A stretch of 20,000 nucleotides of DNA from Barthelona sp. PAP020. Taxonomy: Eukaryota. Of the stretch, positions 1-8,788 are shown in pieces. The notes beneath the pieces are model-generated. The model was not told the DNA's origin, did not search any database, and saw nothing but the letters and a program-made list of their open reading frames with translations. Location: positions 45,170-65,169 of the forward strand of contig JARQWU010000004.1 in NCBI GenBank assembly GCA_040182905.1, in the 5' to 3' direction. The position numbers and the translations under genes were made by a program. How positions within the stretch are numbered: the stretch's first letter is position 1; each line of letters begins with the position of its first letter.

Positions 1-3000
1 TTACACCATACCACTCTTCAAATAGTTTTGGTATCAAAACAGGATCAAGATTGGCAAACATACCATGCATCCAATCTGGATAACGCTTTGAAAAATCGCT
101 AGCAACACGCCAAATGTTGCTACAATGAACGAAATCATCATTAATAGTCTTCAATTGACGAAATTTAGTGACTTGGAATTCAAACAATTTTTCATGTTCA
201 TTCAATTTCTTGATATTCATGTCTAATTCACTGAGTTCAGTAGCAACAACCATGCAATCACTGTAGTTCTCATCAAACATTTCCAAATTATCCAAAGCTT
301 GTAATGTTTGAACACTTGTACTGATTTCATTGATTCTCTCCAACAAACGATCTTTTTTATTGATAAGTTCATCTTGGAACTTAGTTTTTTGTTCATTAAT
401 TTGATACTCAATATTATGAATCTCAGAATTGAGATGTGCTGGACATTGAAGAATATCAACATATTTTTCTAAATAATCATCCTCAACAGAATGAGCATAT
501 GTATCAAACAAAGAATATTTTAGCATTAAATTTTTGATGAATGCAGAAAGACGCTTGGTATACTCATTACATTCGACATTGACATAATTGATAAGCTTAA
601 AAAGTTCTTCAGGTGTATTACAAGGCTTTTCCAATGTTTCTAAACATACAAGATACTCTTCTTTATATTTAACCATTTCTTCATTCAATTTTGTTTCAAA
701 GAATGTTAAAATGTAAGTAATAAATTCATTAATTTTTGTTTTCAAAATATTGATGAATCTTTCACAATCAATATAAACTAAAGAGAGAATAATGTCTTCA
801 GAAAATAATCTTTCAAGAACATGAAGATTCTTTTTGTGATTATCGATTTCTTCACTCCATAAACTAAGCTCATATTCAGTTGAATTCTTTTTTAAATCAT
901 ATGCTTCAACCTTTTCATTGACAACTTCAATAAACTGAGTTAAAAACGTGTTTTTATCAACTACTAAATAAAATTTAAATGGATCTATGACTTTTAATAT
1001 CTTCTTACAAGTTTGTTCAATTTTTTTCATTCCATTTGTGACATAAGTCTTGCAATCGATAAAAAGATTATCTTGTTGGAATTTTTTCAAATTGAAATCA
1101 GTCTGTTTAGCATTAACACGCAAAAACACTTGATTAATCAACCTTGGTATGTTTTCAACAGATTTTATCAATAAATCAAACACAGAATTTAAAACACCAT
1201 GGATTGAATCCAATGATGGTAAAAATGTAATACAATCCTTTTCCTTAGAATAGTCAAATTCAATTTGAAACAAACAATTTCCTTTGCTTAATTCATTCAT
1301 TGAAAGAGGAGATTCCTTTTGAATTAAATCATTGATATCTAAATCAAAAATACTGTTATCAAAATCAAATCTACCGATATAATGACCAAAAAACATTTTC
1401 AATTCTTCTGTGGTCAATTTCAATAGTTCAAACAACATGTCATCAATCCTTAACTCAACAACTCTTAAAAATGATAGAGTTTGAGAAAAAACTATTTGTT
1501 CAGTACTAAATTCTTTGACTTTGGTAGCAATCTTAACTTGAGACATATCAGGTAACTCAGATTGAGTTGAAATACGATGATCAAACGATGGTTCAATTTC
1601 ATCAAAAGAATGATTTTGTTTTGGTAATTGCAAAGAATTCAAGGTGTTATCAGTTAAATTACTGTTTTTTCTGGATATATGTTTGCTAGAAAATTCCATT
1701 GATTCATTCTCTTCCATTTCAACACTCAATAATTCATCTCCAAAATCACTATCCATAAGTAATTGAGAATCATCTTCTAAATTACCTTCTATCATTGATT
1801 TTCCTTCATTTTCCTCAAGGTCAACTTCTTTCCAATCATTAATTTCAAGATTTTGTTCAACACACAATTTATCCAGTCTCTTAAACAGTTTTTTAAGAAG
1901 TAATTCATCAACTTCATCAATTTTGGGTACTGTAGCAATAGAACTTACCATTATATCAATATCATGTTGCTCAAGTGTGGTTTGAAGTAATTCAGCAACA
2001 CTAGGAATAATTCTCTTTCTTAAAACATCATTACTTTCAGCAGATTTTCTCATTTGAAGTTCAGAAAATGAATCAACAGTTAAAGGAAAAGACGTGAATG
2101 ACATCCCTCCTTGGAAAGTTTCTAATAATCTAAATTGTTCCTTTTCAACCAGATGAAACCAGTTTAAATACATTGTATTCAACAATTGATTCAAATGAGG
2201 CTGTACATTAAATAATCTCTTGGAAATAAACATCGCAGTAGTCTTCACAAATCCACAAGGTAATTGTTCGGATGTTCCTTCCAATAAAGAATTGGTTAAA
2301 GGAACAATAACTTCTCTGAATGGAATAACTACTCCAATAGCAGCTAATTGTTCTTTATATTGCTTATCATTTCCCAAATACATTTCTTTTGCGACAATCA
2401 TTGCGCGTTTAAAGTTGACACGCACTTCTTTTACAATTTGTTGAAGCAAAAATGCAATATAATTTGGAGGTCTAGCAAATCGAAGAGCAGGTCCAATGGA
2501 ATTTATTATATTCTCTAAAAATACTGGAGGAAGCGTTTGTAAATCAACATTCTTTTCCAAAAGATCTTCAACATATAAATTAAACCTCAAATCTCTTTCT
2601 TTTTCTTCTCTTCTCTTTTTCGCTTCTTCCCAACGTTCTTCCCATTTACTTTGGTCTTCCGCATCAAAAAGCAAGTTATATCTCTTCACTTTTTTAACTT
2701 GTTCATTGTGCATAAATTTTACAACATATTTTTCCGTCTTCTTTTCATAATCCAGTACAAAACAAGGTTCCAAATAGTAACCGTCTTTTATCTTTCCATC
2801 ACTATCAGTATCCCCAATAGTTTTGCTAAAATAATACCATGATCTCGCAGGTGTTCCAATCAATCCACTATTCGGTCCAAGGCTAACCCATTCTTCAGGA
2901 GAATGTGTTTCTAATTCAGAATTATCAAATAACATCAAATCTAGAAATGATGTCTTTTTCGATATTTGCTGAAGCATCGTCATGTCATTCCTTGTTTCAA

Positions 3001-3535
3001 GTTCATTTATAATACTTTTTGATACATAATATGCGGGAATATTTAATTTTTCCAAAATTCTGTAAACCTTTGATTCTTTGGTTTCTTCAACTTTTGATTC
3101 TATTTTTGCACCATGAGGAGCAACAGCACCAGGTATTTCTTTGAAAACTTCTTTTCCAACAAAAGTTGTATACATATCTACTATTTCGTCTTTTGTTGCG
3201 TATGGAGATTCAGCTATACTTGGATGTTTTGAAGTAGGAATGGAAAAATTGGGAAAATTTTCGGGCTTTTCTTCTTTCAATCCATAATATGTTGGCATAT
3301 TTGTTTCAATCGCAGGGCGGTAATTTGATCCAGGTTTCATACCAGTTACACGTGGTGGATCAAAGGGATTTCTAGATATTTCATCCAATTTTGTCAACAA
3401 CCCATCAACAGAAGGTTTTTGAGATTTAAGATTTCTTGACTTTGTTCTCGATTGACTCCTTCTGCTGGGTGCTCTCCTATCGACTTGTTCTGACAAGAAT
3501 TGACTCTGTTCTTTTAAACGATTCAGAGCATCCAT
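1..3535 (-). CDS. DNAH1: Axonemal inner-arm dynein heavy chain, DNAH1-like, N-terminal part (runs off the left edge)
   Basis: ATG at 3535 (MDALNRLKEQ...). The frame at the ATG matches the frame at base 1, and the ORF track lists no stop-terminated ORF in it, so it is open for ~1178 codons. It contains LFDNSELETHSPEEW...VLDY...VKRYNLLFDAED...RFNLYVEDL, resembling the DNAH1-class tail (VFDNEDFDCRTPREW...PRIQLLFCAEDP...LYNLYVDCM). At the left edge LNEHEKLFEFQVTKF...NIWRVASDFSKRYPDWMHGMFANLDP resembles the start of the DHC_N2 region. Confidence 0.85.
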   Translation of the reverse strand, partial: MDALNRLKEQSQFLSEQVDRRAPSRRSQSRTKSRNLKSQKPSVDGLLTKLDEISRNPFDPPRVTGMKPGSNYRPAIETNMPTYYGLKEEKPENFPNFSIPTSKHPSIAESPYATKDEIVDMYTTFVGKEVFKEIPGAVAPHGAKIESKVEETKESKVYRILEKLNIPAYYVSKSIINELETRNDMTMLQQISKKTSFLDLMLFDNSELETHSPEEWVSLGPNSGLIGTPARSWYYFSKTIGDTDSDGKIKDGYYLEPCFVLDYEKKTEKYVVKFMHNEQVKKVKRYNLLFDAEDQSKWEERWEEAKKRREEKERDLRFNLYVEDLLEKNVDLQTLPPVFLENIINSIGPALRFARPPNYIAFLLQQIVKEVRVNFKRAMIVAKEMYLGNDKQYKEQLAAIGVVIPFREVIVPLTNSLLEGTSEQLPCGFVKTTAMFISKRLFNVQPHLNQLLNTMYLNWFHLVEKEQFRLLETFQGGMSFTSFPLTVDSFSELQMRKSAESNDVLRKRIIPSVAELLQTTLEQHDIDIMVSSIATVPKIDEVDELLLKKLFKRLDKLCVEQNLEINDWKEVDLEENEGKSMIEGNLEDDSQLLMDSDFGDELLSVEMEENESMEFSSKHISRKNSNLTDNTLNSLQLPKQNHSFDEIEPSFDHRISTQSELPDMSQVKIATKVKEFSTEQIVFSQTLSFLRVVELRIDDMLFELLKLTTEELKMFFGHYIGRFDFDNSIFDLDINDLIQKESPLSMNELSKGNCLFQIEFDYSKEKDCITFLPSLDSIHGVLNSVFDLLIKSVENIPRLINQVFLRVNAKQTDFNLKKFQQDNLFIDCKTYVTNGMKKIEQTCKKILKVIDPFKFYLVVDKNTFLTQFIEVVNEKVEAYDLKKNSTEYELSLWSEEIDNHKKNLHVLERLFSEDIILSLVYIDCERFINILKTKINEFITYILTFFETKLNEEMVKYKEEYLVCLETLEKPCNTPEELFKLINYVNVECNEYTKRLSAFIKNLMLKYSLFDTYAHSVEDDYLEKYVDILQCPAHLNSEIHNIEYQINEQKTKFQDELINKKDRLLERINEISTSVQTLQALDNLEMFDENYSDCMVVATELSELDMNIKKLNEHEKLFEFQVTKFRQLKTINDDFVHCSNIWRVASDFSKRYPDWMHGMFANLDPVLIPKLFEEWYGV

Positions 3536-3717
3536 ATATTCAAAGTTAAAAATTAAATGAACATTTTTTTTTGTTTTTCAAAAAAAAACCGTTTTATTCA
3601 TATATTTGGATGTATAAAAACTTTTCTTTGATAAGAATAGAATTGCACAAAAAAAAAGGAGTTTAATAAAAAAAAACAAACTTATCAAAATTCTTTTTAT
3701 GTGGTCAAATATTCATT

Positions 3718-4608
3718 ATGAATGAATCAGAATTTGTAATTGATGAAAAAGTACGTAATATTGATTTTTATAATTTGCAACAATTGACATTTTCAAGAAA
3801 AATATTATTGGATTTGTATTTGAAAGAAAACTTTTCTACTTTAGTTCCTGGATTATTTTGTAAAATTTATTATGAAGAAGAATATCATATTGCAAATATT
3901 ATTGAAGTTTTGCAAATTCAAAATGGTTATCTAATGAATGATGATATTGTTTTTAAGGTATTGAAAGTGAAAGTTGATGAACGAAAATCTCCATTTTTGA
4001 TTTCCTTTGCTTCTGTATCCGATAAACCTATTTCTACACTTGATTACAATAAAACCGAATTAAATTTACCTAGAAAAGAAGATTTAATTGAAAAAATGAG
4101 AATTTTTGTGGAACATTATCCCGAAATTTTGATATATTACAAACAGTTTTATGGTTTTGATTCAAAAGATTTATTCTTTTTTGATTTAGAGTTATTTAAG
4201 GATTTACCAACAGACTATAAGCATAAAGTGTTCAGGTCTAATGATTCGAATACAAATCTATGGATAAATGCGGGATTAAACAAAGGTAGGGGAAGACCAC
4301 CCAAAGAGATTCCTTGGAATTATGTTTTGGATCAAATATCAAAAGAAGTTTCATTATCAGCAATTGCCCGTGAAATAGGTGTTACTTTGTTAACTTTGAA
4401 AAAAAGATTAATCTCAGAACATCCTGAATTGTTTGAAAATCTTCCTCAAAAGGATGAAGAAGATGTAGATGTGAATATTATGGATATTGATCAAGTTCTT
4501 GAAGATATTGATAATTATTCTGATGATACTGTTGATTCAGGTGCAGATTCAGATGTTGATGAATTAGAAACAACTGATATTTCCAATAAATATGATGATA
4601 TTTTTTAG
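3718..4608 (+). CDS. Plus3 (Rtf1-type) domain protein with AT-hook-like GRGRP, helix-turn-helix and acidic tail
   Basis: LQQLTFSRKILL...FSTLVPGLFCKI...YHIANIIEV...Y.M....FKVL.V...FASVSDKP fits the Plus3 pattern (LSR..L...F...V.GCFVRI...YR...I..V...VSN..F). It is followed by KGRGRPPK, then SLSAIAREIGVTLLTLKKRL, then a D/E-rich C-terminus. Confidence 0.7.
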   Translation: MNESEFVIDEKVRNIDFYNLQQLTFSRKILLDLYLKENFSTLVPGLFCKIYYEEEYHIANIIEVLQIQNGYLMNDDIVFKVLKVKVDERKSPFLISFASVSDKPISTLDYNKTELNLPRKEDLIEKMRIFVEHYPEILIYYKQFYGFDSKDLFFFDLELFKDLPTDYKHKVFRSNDSNTNLWINAGLNKGRGRPPKEIPWNYVLDQISKEVSLSAIAREIGVTLLTLKKRLISEHPELFENLPQKDEEDVDVNIMDIDQVLEDIDNYSDDTVDSGADSDVDELETTDISNKYDDIF

Positions 4609-4773
4609 TATCTGTGTAATAGTCAGTTTGTGAAATAAAATTTTAGTTTTTTCATTTTTATTATTGTTATCATTATTTTGAACTTTTCAAGATTCTTATT
4701 CAAAAGTTTTTGATATGACTAAATAAACAATGAAGGATTGTTTGAGATGTTCATTTTTTTTTATTTCTTTATT

Positions 4774-5679
4774 ATGAAAACAACCTTTACAATCCTTTTT
4801 TTGGCTTTCATTATTGGAGTTCATTCATATATACAAGCTCCATCTATTGACCAATGTTCGATTAAATGTGCAAATCATCAAGATTGTGGTGGGCTATGTG
4901 GTAAATGCGGAGATGCTGGACAATGCGTACCTATTGATGAACATATGGAATTTTCAATGTATTATATGACAACACCTTTATTTAAATCATTATTTCCTGG
5001 TTCTGCTGTTTTTTTAAAAGGTATTGAATCGTTACATGCTGCTATTGGTTTTGTATATAATGATTCAGTTTCTTATTGTTTAGAATTTCTTCCAAATACA
5101 ATCATTAATTCTTTATTTCCCAATGATCCTTCCAATCCTAATTTTGATCTTAGTGCAGAAGTTGTACATGATTTTTATATTAAGAATGAATTTAGACAGA
5201 AAACATTTTTGACTAAAATTGGTTGGAAAAGTTTTCTTGAACTTTTTAACAAAAAGTTTGAAGAATTTGCACCATATTACAATTTGATGGATATTTCTAT
5301 CCAGGGCAATACCATTATTTCATCTCATAATGGTCAAGATTTTGCTTTAGCTGTTTTAGAAGCTGGCAAAGAACTTGATTTTAAATACGCAGTTGATTAT
5401 GTTTATTTGGATAAATTATCGCTTTTAGGCAGTACATTTGAAGAATTATCACTTACAAATGTTCGTGATCTTTCCATTGCTGTTGATTATTATACTGCCG
5501 TTGAAGATGCTTTTGATACAAATACATTTATCAATGTTATTGAAAATATTACTGAAAACGTTTCTCATGGAAGGATGGTATGTGTTTTTTATTCAAATAC
5601 TTTGAAAAAAAACATTTATGTTGCTTTGGTTCCTGAATTTCCAGTAATTGATAATAGTTCCATTCAATCATTTATTTAA
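4774..5679 (+). CDS. Secreted/lysosomal CLN5-like protein with an N-terminal Cys-rich module; catalytic Cys apparently replaced by Gly
   Basis: ATG 4774 gives a signal peptide (MKTTFTILFLAFIIGVHS), then the 6-Cys module CSIKCANHQDCGGLCGKCGDAGQC. YYMTTPLF...LHAAIGF...YCLEF...NSLFP...YYNLMDI...SSHNGQDFAL parallels human CLN5 LQAPVW...MHDAIGF...YTMEW...NCTFP...YYETWNV...DSYDCSKFVL. Confidence 0.7.
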   Translation: MKTTFTILFLAFIIGVHSYIQAPSIDQCSIKCANHQDCGGLCGKCGDAGQCVPIDEHMEFSMYYMTTPLFKSLFPGSAVFLKGIESLHAAIGFVYNDSVSYCLEFLPNTIINSLFPNDPSNPNFDLSAEVVHDFYIKNEFRQKTFLTKIGWKSFLELFNKKFEEFAPYYNLMDISIQGNTIISSHNGQDFALAVLEAGKELDFKYAVDYVYLDKLSLLGSTFEELSLTNVRDLSIAVDYYTAVEDAFDTNTFINVIENITENVSHGRMVCVFYSNTLKKNIYVALVPEFPVIDNSSIQSFI

Positions 5680-5782
5680 TATTTGGATGTAAATTTGTAA
5701 TTATGTTTTTTTTTGTTTAGTCAATATACCAGCAGTTTCAATATATTTAATTTCTTTTTTCTTTTTGAAATATTAGTATTTA

Positions 5783-6253
5783 ATGGGTTTATCCATACTT
5801 TTTGTTTGTTTAGGAAATATTTGTCGATCACCAACAGCAGAAGGAGTTGCAAAAAACATCCAATCCAATTATCCTTTTGTTGAAAAAATTTCTTCTTCTG
5901 GTACTGCTGCACATCATGTTGGTGAATCACCTGATTCAAGAATGCAACGCTCAGCCAAAAAGAAAGGTATTGATTTGTCCATGTTAAGGGCTTCTCAAGC
6001 TAAAAAATCAGATTTCTCAAAATATGATTATATTGTGGCAATGGATTCAAATAATTTTAGGGATTTATCTCATATAAAACCTGATAATTGTCGTGCAAAA
6101 TTGGTTCAATTATTTGATTATGCTCCAGAATTAGGTACAAGAGATTGTCCTGATCCTTGGTATGTTGGAAATTTTGATGAGGTATTTGATATGGTAACCG
6201 TAGCTGTTCGAAATTTTTTTGATCATCTTGCTGAAATGCAACAGTTAAATTGA
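5783..6253 (+). CDS. Low-molecular-weight protein tyrosine phosphatase (LMW-PTP; ACP1/PtpA family)
   Basis: P-loop ILFVCLGNICRSPTAEG, S-S-GT..HHVGESPD.R, DYIVAMD..N, and the general-acid loop DPWY; 156 aa. Confidence 0.95.
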   Translation: MGLSILFVCLGNICRSPTAEGVAKNIQSNYPFVEKISSSGTAAHHVGESPDSRMQRSAKKKGIDLSMLRASQAKKSDFSKYDYIVAMDSNNFRDLSHIKPDNCRAKLVQLFDYAPELGTRDCPDPWYVGNFDEVFDMVTVAVRNFFDHLAEMQQLN

Positions 6254-6357
6254 GAGTTTCATATTTTTCTTTTTCTTACTAAATATAAAATATATACATC
6301 CCTTTCTTATTATGTAGTTGAAAAAAGAAAACAAAAAGATACAAAAGTATTTATGGT

Positions 6358-7713
6358 TTAAACTTGCATGTTTTGATTGAAATTAAAGAATGACTCAAAT
6401 GGATTGCGTTGTTGATTATTGGGTCGTCTTGAATTAAATCTTGGTTGTGTGTTTCTTTGAAATGGCATTTCACCAAATGGATTCATAGGATTGTTGAATG
6501 GGAAATTAGGAAAAGGAAAGTTGGGAAAGTTGGGTGGAAAAGGGGCATTGCCATCATGATGACCTCTATTTGCTTGTTCTTGTCTTTGATTTCTCTGTTT
6601 CATTAAATCATCAATGTGTTCTAAAGCTTTATTTGCCAATTCATCCTCAGGATCTAGCTCATTAGCTTTTCCATATCCAAGAGTCAAAGCTTTTGATAAT
6701 TCCCCCTTTTGTAAATAATTGAACCCTAATCTTCGAAAAACCTTTGAATTCCTGGGCATTATCTGAGCAGCAATGTTACAATCCTTGATGGACTCATCAT
6801 ATTTTTTGAGATTTGACAAAGCTGCAGCTCTGTTCAAAAATAATGTTCCATCTTGATCAGGGTCGAGTAATTCAATAGCTTCTGAATAAAGATCAACCGC
6901 TCTTTCATACTGACTATTTCTCATTGCATCATTTGCCTGCTTTTTAAGCTCATTTGACTGTTTAATCTTCTTAGCATTATTTATGTCTTCTTCAGAAGGA
7001 GCTTGATCAAACTGTTCAAAATCAACCGCAGGCAATACACATTCCCCAGATTCCATCATACTATCTGGTATTTCGACATCTTCAAGTGGTTGTTCCAATA
7101 TAGACATGATGTTCAATCTGCTTTCTTCCGTCTTTTGAGATAGCACCTCAATCGTTTTATCAATAGTCTCTATTGTTCCTTGTAATTCTACGATTTTAAC
7201 CAAAGCTTTATCTGCTTCTTTATTAAGAATATTATATTCTTTCGTAAAATTCCCTTTAGCAGAAGAAGATATGTCCTTAGAGACAAGTAAATCAGCCAAA
7301 TATATTTTTCTTTCGTTATGATTGCATAAAAGCATTTCTAGTTCATCCAATTCACACATCTTTTTTTCTTTTGCATGCAAATAGTATACAAGTGCTCTTC
7401 GATTGGTAATAAACATTTCTAACTTACCAGGTGCATTGTTTTCTGCATTGTGTTTGCTTGAAATCTTACTAGCTTGAGATTTTTGTGCTTCTTGTTCTTC
7501 ATGTAATTGCTTTTTAAAAGCTTCAATTACATCTCTCAACACAGTATTAGGCTTTAATTGATTCGCATATAATGGTTTTCGAGTAATTGGACAAGTATTA
7601 GATTGTTTTAACCAATCTTCAATACTATTTCGACTAAAAGTATGACCATATGGTGTAATTACAGGGTCTTCCAAATAATCATAGGTGATTGGATCTCTTA
7701 ATAACTCTTCCAT
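6358..7713 (-). CDS. U-box / coiled-coil / TPR protein (putative chaperone-linked E3 ligase) with N/P/F-rich tail
   Basis: N-terminal U-box (LRDPITYDYLEDPVITPYGHTFSRNSIEDWL...TCPITRKPL...LKPNTVLRDVI), a helical linker, three TPRs (LKKQANDAMR...YSEAIEL...FLNRAAAL...DCNIA...SKVFRRLG...KANELDP) and the tail PPNFPNFPFPNFPFNNPMNPF. Confidence 0.9.
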   Translation of the reverse strand: MEELLRDPITYDYLEDPVITPYGHTFSRNSIEDWLKQSNTCPITRKPLYANQLKPNTVLRDVIEAFKKQLHEEQEAQKSQASKISSKHNAENNAPGKLEMFITNRRALVYYLHAKEKKMCELDELEMLLCNHNERKIYLADLLVSKDISSSAKGNFTKEYNILNKEADKALVKIVELQGTIETIDKTIEVLSQKTEESRLNIMSILEQPLEDVEIPDSMMESGECVLPAVDFEQFDQAPSEEDINNAKKIKQSNELKKQANDAMRNSQYERAVDLYSEAIELLDPDQDGTLFLNRAAALSNLKKYDESIKDCNIAAQIMPRNSKVFRRLGFNYLQKGELSKALTLGYGKANELDPEDELANKALEHIDDLMKQRNQRQEQANRGHHDGNAPFPPNFPNFPFPNFPFNNPMNPFGEMPFQRNTQPRFNSRRPNNQQRNPFESFFNFNQNMQV

Positions 7714-7885
7714 TGAAAAAAAATTTCTTTAGAAAAGATTTTCAGGGTTTTCGCAAATGCAAGCAAATGAAAGCAGATTTTTACTTCATTCCAAAAAAAT
7801 TAAATCTTTAATAATATTTTGTTTTTTTTTAACAACATGAAGATAAAGAATGAAAACAATATTGTAATTTTTTTCTTTCACAAAA

Positions 7886-8236
7886 ATGTCCGAAAGTACC
7901 AGTATGATTGATAGTATGGTTCCAACCAGTGTTAAAAACATGTATTGTTGCAAAATTTGTGGTTTGGTCAAAAATTTTGGACAATTTCAAAATTATGGAT
8001 GTGAAAATTGTTCTCAATATGGAGTTGAAATTACCGAAGGATTTTTGACACGTAATTTTGAAGGTGTTGTAGCTTTAATGAATCCTTCAATTTCTTGGGT
8101 TGGTAAATACAAAATTTATGACAACTATGTTCCTGGTCTTTATGCCTTGGAAATTAATGAAGATCTTAGTCAAAAAGAATTGAATGAAGTTCGTGATTTG
8201 GGAATTCCATTTATCAAGCGTGTTGTAACCAATTAA
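7886..8236 (+). CDS. SPT4: Transcription elongation factor Spt4 (DSIF small subunit)
   Basis: CKICGLVK...QF...GCENC zinc ribbon, T.NFEGVVALMNPS.SWV.K and VPGLYAL, all Spt4 hallmarks; 116 aa. Confidence 0.95.
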   Translation: MSESTSMIDSMVPTSVKNMYCCKICGLVKNFGQFQNYGCENCSQYGVEITEGFLTRNFEGVVALMNPSISWVGKYKIYDNYVPGLYALEINEDLSQKELNEVRDLGIPFIKRVVTN

Positions 8237-8465
8237 TTTTTCAGTTTTTCACTTCATTTAGTCAAATTTATTTTTATTTCGCATTAATCTATTGTTATAT
8301 AAATATTAAAAAGTATTTTTTGTCTTATTGTTTCTTATTTCACAATTTTTTATTTCAAAATTTGTTTCAAAACTGATCATTTCAATATTTATGTTTGACC
8401 AATTAGTGTGACTAATGTGAATGATTGTATAATCCAATATAATAAAAAAAATAAACAATTACTTT

Positions 8466-8788
8466 TTACATAGAAAAAAAAAACTGAGCACATTCGTCAA
8501 ATAATAAAATACCTGTTTGATTTTTGTCCAATTGCTTAATAGCATGCTTTAAATTGCCATTATAACCGACAATTCCACCCAATCTCAAAAATTGCTCGTA
8601 NNNNNNNNNNNNNNNNNNNNNNNNNNNNNNNNNNNNNNNNNNNNNNNNNNNNNNNNNNNNNNNNNNNNNNNNATAGGTAACATAAAAACAAAAGATTTGT
8701 AACCGATAAAATTGATATATGAAACAATAAAAGTCCATAATCCAATACCATATAAACCACCAGAAACAACTGTATGAGTTCTTCCCAT
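8466..8788 (-). CDS. Small protein with hydrophobic N-terminus and C-terminal EF-hand, interrupted by an assembly gap
   Basis: ATG 8788 gives MGRTHTVVSGGLYGIGLWTFIVSYINFIGYKSFVFMLP up to the gap. After the gap comes YEQFLRLGGIVGYNGNLKHAIKQLDKNQTGILLFDECAQFFFSM*, containing the EF-hand loop DKNQTGILLFDE. The two halves are in different frames across the Ns, so joining them is an inference. Confidence 0.5.
8601..8672. other. Assembly gap (72 N)
   Basis: Run of N characters. Confidence 1.

Noticed and set aside
223..2842. Short ORFs 223-462, 2220-2444, 2496-2750 and 2651-2842
   Set aside because: Off-frame or antisense shadows inside the dynein CDS.
5721..8017. ORFs 5721-5939, 7786-7971 and 7829-8017 (-)
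   Set aside because: Antisense to LMW-PTP or SPT4, with no recognisable motifs.
8360..8440. Short palindromes (TTAGTGTGACTAA, TGATCA) suggesting a snoRNA or hairpin
   Set aside because: No complete C/D box pair or extended stem; expected by chance in AT-rich DNA.
8484..8512. Possible intron GTATTTTATTATTTGACGAATGTGCTCAG (-), with the same donor as the REI1 intron
   Set aside because: The unspliced reading encodes the EF-hand loop, and there is no ACTAAC branch site.
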